In this document: piece after piece, positions 9,416 through 17,862 of the stretch | Layout: the number at the start of each line of letters is the position of its first letter | How positions within the stretch are numbered: position 1 is the first letter of the stretch | Origin: a virus | Lineage: Duplodnaviria > Caudoviricetes | Direction: 5' to 3' (one strand) | DNA: 64,000 nt | Virus record (IMG/VR): IMGVR_UViG_3300031993_000053 | Location: 1-64,000 of that record | Notes under the pieces: model-generated | Told to the model about the DNA's origin: nothing | The model's input: only the letters and a program-made list of their open reading frames with translations | Database searches by the model: none | Position numbers and translations under genes: made by a program

Positions 9416-9692
9416 AGAAAAATTAGAATCAATAAAAAGCAAGTTCCAAGAAAAATTTCCAAGTGAAACGTTTGTTGACGATTTTGAAATTATTGAAAAT
9501 GACCTTGATAGACTTGAAAAGTTAGAGAAAGCAAACAAACTTATATTAGATAAGGTTGTTGATGTTAATAGAGAGGTAGTATTTAGAAACAATTATAGGG
9601 ACTATTTAAACCATATGATAGTAAAAACATATCCTCTACACTACATTTTATCAAAGAAAGAGTGGGAGTTTTTAAAAGAGGTGTTTGGATGA
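9405..9692 (+). CDS. small modular hypothetical protein
   Basis: MTSREKL...RLEKLEKA...KEWEFLKEVFG modules. Confidence 0.7.
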   Translation: MTSREKLESIKSKFQEKFPSETFVDDFEIIENDLDRLEKLEKANKLILDKVVDVNREVVFRNNYRDYLNHMIVKTYPLHYILSKKEWEFLKEVFG

Positions 9693-10288
9693 AACTATTA
9701 TTATATTGCACTAAAGAAAAACCGTATTTAATTGGTGGTTATCATACACCTTATTATTTAGATAAAGGTGGTAAAAAATCAGTTATGGATGATAGAGATG
9801 ATATATTAAATGGCAAAGTCGTGGCAGGATGTGATTTTGAGTTGGAAGAAATATTTAATGTTGGCGATGAATATGAGGGACTACAATTATATACAGAAAC
9901 ATTGAGTATTGAAGAAATTTTAAAAAAATCCTGTTTATCTTATAAAGATTATTTAGTATATGTATTATCTACTGAGAATTATGGTTATGCAATCCACATT
10001 AAGAATTTGAAGATATTTGATGAACCGAGAGAACTGAATGATTTTGTTTTGTTAAATAAATATAGAGAAGATTTAAAAGGAACACAATATAATGTTTTAA
10101 CAAAAGCACCACAAAATATGTGTAAAGTAGCCTATTCTAAAAATTGCATAAACAAATATAATTTTAATGATATTTACAAAGGTGAATGTGTTTTAATCTC
10201 AATTCGTCCTGAATGGTTATGCAAAATACTTAATGGTGAGAAAACGATTGAAGTAAGAAAGAAAGTTTTAAAGGAGATGAAAGATTAA
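9689..10288 (+). CDS. ASCH/PUA-like domain protein, circularly permuted
   Basis: LLLYCTK..GKVVA..GYAIHIKNLKIFDEPRELNDF..KAPQN followed at the C-terminus by VLISIRPEWLCKILNGEKTIEVRK, normally the ASCH N-terminus. Confidence 0.75.
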   Translation: MKLLLYCTKEKPYLIGGYHTPYYLDKGGKKSVMDDRDDILNGKVVAGCDFELEEIFNVGDEYEGLQLYTETLSIEEILKKSCLSYKDYLVYVLSTENYGYAIHIKNLKIFDEPRELNDFVLLNKYREDLKGTQYNVLTKAPQNMCKVAYSKNCINKYNFNDIYKGECVLISIRPEWLCKILNGEKTIEVRKKVLKEMKD

Positions 10289-10600
10289 TGAAAAATAAAG
10301 ATACAATTAGTCCTGCATATTATCTTGTAGTAAATCCTAAAGATTATAAGGAACTAAATAATAGATTAGAGAAATTAGAGAAAGCAACAAAAATCATAAA
10401 AGATAAAAAAGTAGATGTACAGTTTTTTACTATTTACTTTTAATTATTACGATAAAATTAAAGAAGATAACGAAAAGAATGATAGAAACAGATGTTTTGT
10501 TAACTATAATACTTTTCAGCGTTATAAAATTACGAAAGAAGAATATGAATTACTAAATGAGGTATTTAATGAAAAAAGAAATAATAACTACTCCGACTGA
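10288..10600 (+). pseudogene. modular hypothetical gene frameshifted at a T6 run (10423-10428)
   Basis: ORF 10288-10443 (RLEKLEKA module) and ORF 10415-10600 (ITKEEYELLNEVF module) join if one T is removed. Confidence 0.5.
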
Positions 10601-10663
10601 TTTAAAATTCTCATTGTTGAATTAATTTTTACAATAAGGCTTATTTTAGAAAGGAATATTTAA

Positions 10664-10789
10664 ATGATTTATGCTATTATGATTTTTATTTTATGGACTT
10701 GGAATTTGACAGCTACATGGGTGAATATTGTTTGTACTATTTTATGCGGACTCGCATTATTATATGAAGGAAAGGACGACTTTAGTTAA
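10664..10789 (+). CDS. 41 aa hydrophobic membrane peptide
   Basis: read manually: MIYAIMIFILWTWNLTATWVNIVCTILCGLALLYEGKDDFS; agaaagga RBS. Confidence 0.6.
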   Translation: MIYAIMIFILWTWNLTATWVNIVCTILCGLALLYEGKDDFS

Positions 10790-11028
10790 TGACTGTAGAA
10801 AGTATTTATTATAATAAAATGTTTGGTGATAAAAGTCTTAATTATAGACTGACAACAAGAACTGAAAAAATTTATAGCGGCGAAATAAACACACGTTATT
10901 TTGCTCACTTTGATGATAATTTTTTTGAAGTAAGTAAAGAAGAGTATGATTACTTATTAGCTGAATTAAATAATAATCAAAATTTATTAAAAGATATATT
11001 TAAGAAAGTTAAAAAAGATGAAAAGTAA
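10789..11028 (+). CDS. hypothetical protein
   Basis: ORF track; VSKEEYD motif. Confidence 0.65.
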   Translation: MTVESIYYNKMFGDKSLNYRLTTRTEKIYSGEINTRYFAHFDDNFFEVSKEEYDYLLAELNNNQNLLKDIFKKVKKDEK

Positions 11029-11066
11029 ACTAGCATTAGAAAGAAAGTTTTAAAAGAGGTGCTAAA

Positions 11067-11237
11067 ATGAAACTAAATAAATCGCATGTATATTTGTTGA
11101 TACGTAAAAATAAAATGAAATTGATTCGCCATAGAAAATATATTCGTAATAAATTATCAGATAAATTAATAGATTTAACATTGATGTTTCTCACTAAATC
11201 TTATAATTACGGAGCCGAAATCGATGATGAATCTTAG
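11067..11237 (+). CDS. basic 56 aa hypothetical protein
   Basis: read manually; gaggtg RBS. Confidence 0.5.
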   Translation: MKLNKSHVYLLIRKNKMKLIRHRKYIRNKLSDKLIDLTLMFLTKSYNYGAEIDDES

Positions 11238-11239
11238 AA

Positions 11240-11277
11240 GGCGACTCTTAAATCTGGCTATCGCCCAGCACAAGAGT
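11240..11277 (+). ncRNA. candidate compact pseudoknot RNA element
   Basis: GGCGA/TCGCC, ACTCTT/AAGAGT and CTG(G)/(C)CAG complementary blocks in a GC-rich 38-mer. Confidence 0.35.
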
Positions 11278-11311
11278 AACGGCTTAAATTGTTATATAAT
11301 TATGATATAAT
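11277..11311 (+). promoter_or_regulatory. phage promoter TAACGGCTT-N20-TATAAT
   Basis: motif 11277-11285, TGATATAAT ending 11311. Confidence 0.75.
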
Positions 11312-11337
11312 ATAATAAAATAAAGAAAGGAAAAAGT

Positions 11338-11574
11338 ATGACAAGTAAAGAAATTTTTGGTAAGTTATTTGATAAGAAAAGTAAAGATGACAAATTATCA
11401 GATCATTATGAAGAAATAACGGCACTTAAAAATAAAATAAGTTTTATGGCACGTTATTTAGGTAAATTAAAAGATTTGGAAGATATTTGTAGAGCCAATA
11501 TAAATATTGTTTCGGATCCTAAAATTAAAATTGCTTTACGTGAAATCGATAAAATCTTAGACTTTAAGAAATAA
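11338..11574 (+). CDS. hypothetical protein
   Basis: ORF track; MTSKE start module; agaaagga RBS. Confidence 0.7.
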   Translation: MTSKEIFGKLFDKKSKDDKLSDHYEEITALKNKISFMARYLGKLKDLEDICRANINIVSDPKIKIALREIDKILDFKK

Positions 11575-11621
11575 TATGGAGCCTTTTGAAGAGGCGCCAA
11601 CAAAACAGTTAGGAAATAAAT

Positions 11622-12152
11622 ATGAACTTTTTAGACTTTTTAAAATCTGAAGACATGATTGTTATTCATATATATAATCGAGACTTATGTGAAAAAGTAG
11701 CAAATACTTTAAATAAACTTATTGCTGATAATCATATTGCTAAAGATATAAGAGGATTTCATAAAATTTTACAGCCCTGCTATGATGCTAGTTGGTTTGA
11801 TGATTATGAAGATAAAACTTGTTTAGCTAATACTGGAGAGTTTTGCTCTTTAGAACTTGCTAAAAATGAAGGCTATAAAATTTTTAGGATTGAAGACGTT
11901 TTTTGGAAAGATAGCAATGGTAAATTATACTTTAATGATGAAGTTAATTATGTTTATTTAAAAAATATTTGTAAAGCAATTCCTGAAGGCAAAGGCGATA
12001 AAAATTTTATGAGTGATAATGGTAAAGATAAAGAATACACACGAGTAAAAGCAATTTATACTGAAGCTGTTAATCGAGGAATTCTTACAGTTGATGAGGC
12101 GGAAGAATTATTAAATAGAGTAAAGTTAGTATTAGATGAAGTAATTTTATAA
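11622..12152 (+). CDS. hypothetical protein
   Basis: ORF track. Confidence 0.7.
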   Translation: MNFLDFLKSEDMIVIHIYNRDLCEKVANTLNKLIADNHIAKDIRGFHKILQPCYDASWFDDYEDKTCLANTGEFCSLELAKNEGYKIFRIEDVFWKDSNGKLYFNDEVNYVYLKNICKAIPEGKGDKNFMSDNGKDKEYTRVKAIYTEAVNRGILTVDEAEELLNRVKLVLDEVIL

Positions 12153-12173
12153 GTTTATTAGAAAGGAATAAAT

Positions 12174-12794
12174 ATGGATTTTAGTGATTTATCAGTAAAA
12201 AATAAATATGCTATTTATTGTCTAAATCAAGGTGTTTATAATGATCTTGGTGAATTAGGTGAATTAGATGAATTAGATCATGGTTGGTTCAAATTAGATG
12301 ATGATAATGATTTAGTTAATCCAGAATCAACATTGCAATTTGTTTTAACTGATACAGGTAAACTTGTTACACTTGATAAAGTGAAAAAATTAATTAGTAA
12401 AGGCTATAAAATAGTATATCCAATATTAAATGATAAAGGTATACTTAATATTTTTTCATTTATTCCTTTAACTTATGAAAAGTATAGTAAATTATATAAT
12501 TGTTTATATAGTTTAATTGATACTAATTATTCTCATAATATAATTAGGGTTACTTCTGTAGATGAGTTTAGATCAATTATATTGATGATTATGGATATAA
12601 GTAAAGATAAAAATACTGGAATGAAACCTGATATTATTAAACGCATGTTTGATAAATTAAATAATGGTGAAGCTATTTATATTCATATTGATAATCTTGA
12701 TGAGTATACAGATATAACAGATGTAAGTATTTATGAAGTTGATTTAGATGGAACAAATCGTTCTGATTATAAATTATATAAGGTGATAGTATGA
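12174..12794 (+). CDS. hypothetical protein
   Basis: ORF track; agaaagga RBS. Confidence 0.7.
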   Translation: MDFSDLSVKNKYAIYCLNQGVYNDLGELGELDELDHGWFKLDDDNDLVNPESTLQFVLTDTGKLVTLDKVKKLISKGYKIVYPILNDKGILNIFSFIPLTYEKYSKLYNCLYSLIDTNYSHNIIRVTSVDEFRSIILMIMDISKDKNTGMKPDIIKRMFDKLNNGEAIYIHIDNLDEYTDITDVSIYEVDLDGTNRSDYKLYKVIV

Positions 12795-13081
12795 AACGAT
12801 TTTTATTCGAATGCGGACATGTAAGTGAAGGTGATCATTGTAAAATTTGTGGATGCGAACGAATTCAGTTTCAGATCCATAACATCCGAGACCACCTTGA
12901 CGGTCGGCAAGCGATGTGTGGAAAGAAAATTATAAAATCAAGGTGGGACCTACCCGGGTTTGTATATAGACCAAATGAAAAATATGATTTGTTTTTGTTT
13001 GGTAATAGAGATAAAGCATTTGGAACTGGCGTAGTTTATAAAATTGGTATTGATGGAGATTCAATAAGAGAGGACAAATAA
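12791..13081 (+). CDS. Zn-ribbon hypothetical protein
   Basis: FECGH...HCKICGC; locally higher GC. Confidence 0.65.
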   Translation: MKRFLFECGHVSEGDHCKICGCERIQFQIHNIRDHLDGRQAMCGKKIIKSRWDLPGFVYRPNEKYDLFLFGNRDKAFGTGVVYKIGIDGDSIREDK

Positions 13082-13082
13082 A

Positions 13083-13874
13083 ATGGAATTTGGTACAGAT
13101 GCTAAAAAGGTATTAGACAAATTAAATAAAGACTTAAAAAAAGCTTTAGATATATTGCCTGAAGAAGATCATTTAAAAGATCCTTTTGATTATTTTCCAT
13201 ATGATAAAGAAACTGCTAAAGATATTAGTCCTAAAGTTGGTGATCCTACTATTACTCATTATGATTATGGTTCAGGCAAGCCATTACCTATTGATGATAT
13301 TTGTGATTCTGAATATACTTTTAGTACACCGTTTGATCCTATTAAACTTGTTTTACCTGATATTGAAGAAATAAACAAGAAAATGTTTGATAGTTTGGTT
13401 TTAACTAAAAAGTTTAAAGATAAATTAAATCTTGAATGGGAAACTGATTATGCTGATAGAATTTTTATTGTCCGAGATGATAAAGGCAAATATTATAGAT
13501 TCACACAGGATTTAATAAATAATGATTTTTTATGTACAAAAGATGACTTTGATAATAGATGTTATAGATTAGCTGATACATTATTTGTTATAGATTCAAT
13601 GTCTGGTTGGAAAAAAGTCTATAATTATTATAAAGAAATACAAATATTACCAATAAGACAAATTCAAGAATATTTTTTATTTAAAGACGATGAATTTTCA
13701 ACAAATTTAAATAAACCAAAAGTTATTCAATTTATTGATAATTTTAATATAGCAGCAAATAAAACTGAAGTTCGATTATTTCGATATTCACTAAATAATT
13801 TTGATGAAGTAAATGAATATATTAAACAGCGCAAGAAAACAAACCCAAATATAAAAGTGGTAAGAGTGAAATAA
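13083..13874 (+). CDS. hypothetical protein, paralogue of 13876
   Basis: ADRIFIV...TLFVIDSMSGWKKVYNYYK...KVVRVK. Confidence 0.75.
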   Translation: MEFGTDAKKVLDKLNKDLKKALDILPEEDHLKDPFDYFPYDKETAKDISPKVGDPTITHYDYGSGKPLPIDDICDSEYTFSTPFDPIKLVLPDIEEINKKMFDSLVLTKKFKDKLNLEWETDYADRIFIVRDDKGKYYRFTQDLINNDFLCTKDDFDNRCYRLADTLFVIDSMSGWKKVYNYYKEIQILPIRQIQEYFLFKDDEFSTNLNKPKVIQFIDNFNIAANKTEVRLFRYSLNNFDEVNEYIKQRKKTNPNIKVVRVK

Positions 13875-13875
13875 A

Positions 13876-14763
13876 ATGAATGAAGATGATAAAAAAGAAT
13901 ATATAATTTCAAGCTCAAGTGATTCAACAAGTGATTCGGGAACTCCGACTTCGTCAGGAGTCTCTGATAGTATAATTAGTAATACTGATACTGGTACTAT
14001 TATTATCGATGATAAATTAAGCTCTGGTTCATATAAAGAGTTTAAAGGAATATTGGACGATACAACTACTGGTGGGGTTATACATGAAAAAATTATGACT
14101 GGTGTACCAGTCTGGGATGAAAAGTGGGAAGGTGAATCTGAATCTACATTTGAAGTAAAAGATCCATATGAATATAATATGTTAGATGTTATGTATTTAA
14201 CTAATAAAAAGATTGATTCATATTTTTTAGCAACAAAAGAACCACTTGCTGATAAAATTGTTTGGATGGTATTAGATCGAGATAATGGATATGACTATTT
14301 TTCAACACATTTACCAGAAGGTGAAACATCTCCTTATAAATATGAATTTGCAATTAAAAAAGAAGATACTGATGAATTGATGTATAATTTAAAAAATACT
14401 TGGTTTGTTATAGATTCAGTTGCAGGTTTATATAAATTATGGTCATATTATAAATATATAGTAAGTGAAGTATGTGGTAAATTAAGATATATAGAAAGTT
14501 TAGAAAATGATTTACATGAGCATCAAGAATCACTTTGGAATAGTGTAGATTTAAAAAGTTGGCCAACCGCTTTTGAAAAATATGATTTAAAATTAATGGT
14601 TAAATTTAGAATTGAATATGTAGCATATAAAATTGGTGATGATATACCAGGTAAATTAACATTGTTATATAATTCATTAATTGGTAATCATAATCTAAAA
14701 GATTGGATTGATAATTATGTTAGAAAATTTAATAAAAATGATAAAGTAGTAAAAATAAAGTAA
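13876..14763 (+). CDS. hypothetical protein, paralogue of 13083, Ser/Thr-rich N-terminus
   Basis: ADKIVWMV...TWFVIDSVAGLYKLWSYYK...KVVKIK. Confidence 0.75.
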   Translation: MNEDDKKEYIISSSSDSTSDSGTPTSSGVSDSIISNTDTGTIIIDDKLSSGSYKEFKGILDDTTTGGVIHEKIMTGVPVWDEKWEGESESTFEVKDPYEYNMLDVMYLTNKKIDSYFLATKEPLADKIVWMVLDRDNGYDYFSTHLPEGETSPYKYEFAIKKEDTDELMYNLKNTWFVIDSVAGLYKLWSYYKYIVSEVCGKLRYIESLENDLHEHQESLWNSVDLKSWPTAFEKYDLKLMVKFRIEYVAYKIGDDIPGKLTLLYNSLIGNHNLKDWIDNYVRKFNKNDKVVKIK

Positions 14764-14795
14764 CGGCTTAATTATATTTTAAATTATGATATAAT
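14761..14795 (+). promoter_or_regulatory. phage promoter TAACGGCTT-N20-TATAAT driving the tRNA
   Basis: motif 14761-14769, TATAAT 14790-14795. Confidence 0.75.
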
Positions 14796-14810
14796 TAATT
14801 ATAAAGATTT

Positions 14811-14885
14811 AGCGGAGTAGAGGAAAGGTACCTCGTGAGACTCATAACCTCAAGGTTGGTGGTTCGAGTCCACCCTCCGCCACCA
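14811..14885 (+). tRNA. tRNA-Met(CAU), initiator-like, encoded CCA
   Basis: cloverleaf: AGCGGAG/CTCCGCC, D-stem GAGG/CCTC, anticodon loop CT CAT AA, T-arm GGTGG TTCGAGT CCACC, ACCA end. Confidence 0.95.
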
Positions 14886-14907
14886 TTTGAAATTTATAAA
14901 GAGAAAG

Positions 14908-15075
14908 TAAACTCGCAAAAACTTTGGCAATAGAGAAAGTCCGCCATGATTAGTAAGGTTAAAAGGGGACGTTACCTCGAGAGTGGGATGGGCTAAGAAG
15001 ACCACATTAAAGAGTGTTCGGACTGTGCGAGACAGCTGGCGTCGAAGCCGATAAACTGGCACGAGGTTAAGTGCA
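14908..15075 (+). ncRNA. candidate structured ncRNA downstream of the tRNA
   Basis: GC-rich non-coding block with nested CTCGCA/TGCGAG and AGTCCG/CGGACT pairings plus internal hairpins. Confidence 0.55.
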
Positions 15076-15098
15076 CTTTAAAATGAAAGGAATAAAAT

Positions 15099-15671
15099 AT
15101 GGGAAATGAATTGAAGCGAACTAAATTAGGTGAATGGTTATTTAATTCAGTAAATAAAGTGAGTCTTTATATTGCATATCATAAAGTATTATTTTATATT
15201 TTATCATATACATGGGGACTAATTACAACACTATTTGGTTGGATTGTTTATTTATTTTTAAGAATATTTTTTAAAAATAAAATTCAATTAAAAGGAAAAT
15301 TTTTTACAGCAAGATATATAATGTTATTTGATGAATGGGGTGGTCTTGAACTTGGCACAAATTTTATATTAGCTGGTAATATGGGAAAATATTTTACCGA
15401 GCATACAAAGTGTCATGAACTCGGCCACACTTATCAAAATGCGGCCCTCGGGCCCTTTGCTATAATATTTATCTTTATTCCTTCTGTTATACAATATTGG
15501 ATTCAGCGACTTAGAAAAGATCAATCTAAGAATAAGCCTTATGATTTAATTTGGTTTGAAGGTTCAGCAACTTATATTGGTGAAACTTTATTATCAAATT
15601 TAGAGCATAAAGATTATCATTATTATAATGAGCAATATCAATTCAATAACAATTATGGAGCAAATATATGA
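15099..15671 (+). CDS. membrane protein with HExxH metallopeptidase-like motif
   Basis: N-terminal hydrophobic helix, CHELGHTYQ, second hydrophobic segment, downstream FEGSA. Confidence 0.7.
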   Translation: MGNELKRTKLGEWLFNSVNKVSLYIAYHKVLFYILSYTWGLITTLFGWIVYLFLRIFFKNKIQLKGKFFTARYIMLFDEWGGLELGTNFILAGNMGKYFTEHTKCHELGHTYQNAALGPFAIIFIFIPSVIQYWIQRLRKDQSKNKPYDLIWFEGSATYIGETLLSNLEHKDYHYYNEQYQFNNNYGANI

Positions 15672-16075
15672 ATATAGCAGATAAAGAAATAAAAAAATTT
15701 TTTGACGATCTTTTAAATAAATATATAGAAGAATATATAGAAGAAGACTTAAATTCTACTGTAAATGCTTATAAATATGAACCAAATAATTTTGATGAAT
15801 TAATGATGGATGGATATTGTTATCATATTTTAAATAAAGAAGCTTTAGATTATTTTCTATTTCGTAGAAAAACTTTTGAAAGTATAGATCAAATTAAATT
15901 TTATCAAGATCTTTTAAATTGTAATAATTCAATAGTATTTTATTATAATCAAAAATTAAAAGTGTTTCAAACGTTTATAGTTGGAAAAGTTGATATTAAA
16001 GAATTAAAAATATATTTAAAAGAATTAACAGAAAGAGAAGATATTAAATTAATTAAGGTAGGAGTCAAAACATGA
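15668..16075 (+). CDS. hypothetical protein
   Basis: ORF track. Confidence 0.65.
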   Translation: MNIADKEIKKFFDDLLNKYIEEYIEEDLNSTVNAYKYEPNNFDELMMDGYCYHILNKEALDYFLFRRKTFESIDQIKFYQDLLNCNNSIVFYYNQKLKVFQTFIVGKVDIKELKIYLKELTEREDIKLIKVGVKT

Positions 16076-16326
16076 AAAAATACATAGTAAGAGTTCAGTA
16101 TACAGAAAGGCATGATTTAGTTGAACTAATAAAAGCTAAAGATGATTATGATTTAGAAAAAATTTTATATAAAAATTATAAAAATTATTTTGATTTAATT
16201 GACGGATTTGAATACGACAAAATTAAAAATTATATGTTTAGAAAAAAGAACCAACCGTGGCTATTATGTGGGTCATGGATTGGTGCTGATTGTTTAAAGG
16301 AGTTATATGAAAATAGAAATAACTAA
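16072..16326 (+). CDS. hypothetical protein
   Basis: ORF track; ggag RBS. Confidence 0.65.
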   Translation: MKKYIVRVQYTERHDLVELIKAKDDYDLEKILYKNYKNYFDLIDGFEYDKIKNYMFRKKNQPWLLCGSWIGADCLKELYENRNN

Positions 16327-17008
16327 AGACCCTTATTATGAAGGAGATTATATTTTTGATAACGATTTATTAGAATTAAAAGAAAATTCAATAACTTGTT
16401 TTGTTGGTTGTAATGGTTCAGGCAAAACTACATTACTTCATAGAATTAGGGATTACTTAAAAAAGGATTGTAAAACAAATGAAATCAAGCATGATTTTTA
16501 TGGGCATGCTTTTGATAAAGCAGTAAAAATTCTTTTTGATGAAGATGATTCTGAACCGGATTTATATTTTTTAGATTTTGATAAAGATAGTAATGTAACT
16601 TATACTGAGTCTGACTATTTTATGAATGCAGCTGGTATTGCATATTCATCAACTGGTGAAGGAATAGTTGATCGTCTTGGTAAAAATATGCAACTATTAG
16701 GATCAACTATTAAAGATTTACATGATACTAAATTAATAATATTTTTTGATGATTGCGATGCTGGAACATCTATTGATATGATTAATGAAATTAAAAATGT
16801 ACTTAAACATATTATTAATACTTGCAAGAAACAAAATATAACTTATTATATTTTATTAACTTCAAATTCATATGAAATGGCAAGAGATTTAAACTGTGTT
16901 AGTGTTCATGATTTTAGTGAGCAACATTTTAAAGATTATGAAGATTATAAGCAATTTGTTTTAAAAAGTAGAGAAAGAAAAAATAAGAGGTTTAAAGAAA
17001 ATGATTAA
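16307..17008 (+). CDS. ABC/AAA-type P-loop ATPase (standalone)
   Basis: GCNGSGKTT Walker A, degenerate signature SSTGE, Walker B IIFFDD, LLTSNS. Confidence 0.8.
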   Translation: MKIEITKDPYYEGDYIFDNDLLELKENSITCFVGCNGSGKTTLLHRIRDYLKKDCKTNEIKHDFYGHAFDKAVKILFDEDDSEPDLYFLDFDKDSNVTYTESDYFMNAAGIAYSSTGEGIVDRLGKNMQLLGSTIKDLHDTKLIIFFDDCDAGTSIDMINEIKNVLKHIINTCKKQNITYYILLTSNSYEMARDLNCVSVHDFSEQHFKDYEDYKQFVLKSRERKNKRFKEND

Positions 17009-17381
17009 AGATTATTTTGAAAAACTTGATGACTTTGTTTGTATAAATATAAATGAACATGAATTATCATATTCAAGCGATCATTGTAAAGATATTGATG
17101 AAGTAATAAATTGCTTAGCATATCTTGAAAAATTTAAAAATATTGAAGAAGATTTTGGTTTAGATTTATTAGAAATTTTAACAGCAAAAGTTGTTTATAT
17201 AAAAGTTATTACAAACATAGCTCCACTTAAACGAAATAAAATTGTAAAAGTAAAAAATTTTAAATTTGATTTTAATAATAAAATTATGCAAATATTCTGT
17301 GATGGTGGCTTATATAATGAAAGCTTTGATAATTATAAAATAACTTGGTCTTTTAATAAAGGAGATTTAAAAAATGACTAA
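17001..17381 (+). CDS. hypothetical protein, paralogue family B
   Basis: LEKFKNIEEDFGLD...YKITWSFNKGDL. Confidence 0.65.
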   Translation: MIKDYFEKLDDFVCININEHELSYSSDHCKDIDEVINCLAYLEKFKNIEEDFGLDLLEILTAKVVYIKVITNIAPLKRNKIVKVKNFKFDFNNKIMQIFCDGGLYNESFDNYKITWSFNKGDLKND

Positions 17382-17823
17382 TATTGAATGCGATAATTTA
17401 ATAAATAATTCTCTTAATGATATTTTTAAAAATCATAAAGATAGTAAAGAAGTTATAAATAAATTAGATGGTGAGCTTGATCTTCACCAAAAATTAATTT
17501 TATTAAGCTATTATTTAAAATATAAATTTGTTAATAAACCAGATAATGAAATTGAATATAAAAATGAAGATAGTTTACCAAATATAATAAAGGAAATTAT
17601 TCCATTTATAGTTCATGATACTGCTGATACTGTTTATACTTACAGAAAAACTTCTGATAGTATTTTAATAAAAAATGTTATTTTTGAAATTTATAAATTA
17701 TTTGAACTTGGTAAAACAAGATTTAATAGAACTACTATTACAATGACAAATGATACCTATAAAACGGCAATGGACTTTTTTAAAAGAATTTTAAAAGATA
17801 ATGGCTTATTAAAAAGGCAATAA
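17374..17823 (+). CDS. hypothetical protein
   Basis: ORF track. Confidence 0.65.
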   Translation: MTNIECDNLINNSLNDIFKNHKDSKEVINKLDGELDLHQKLILLSYYLKYKFVNKPDNEIEYKNEDSLPNIIKEIIPFIVHDTADTVYTYRKTSDSILIKNVIFEIYKLFELGKTRFNRTTITMTNDTYKTAMDFFKRILKDNGLLKRQ

Positions 17824-17862
17824 AAAGCGATAAAAATATAATTATTAAAAGGAGAAATTATT

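Noticed and set aside
14930-14946. RNase P RNA (GAGAAAGTCCG resembles GAGGAAAGUCC)
   Set aside because: No complementary 3' P4 strand (ACA.AA...GGCUUA), and the element is too short.
14850-15062. 70 aa minus-strand ORF
   Set aside because: Antisense shadow of the tRNA and structured RNA (the WRRVDSNHQP end is typical of reverse-translated tRNA).
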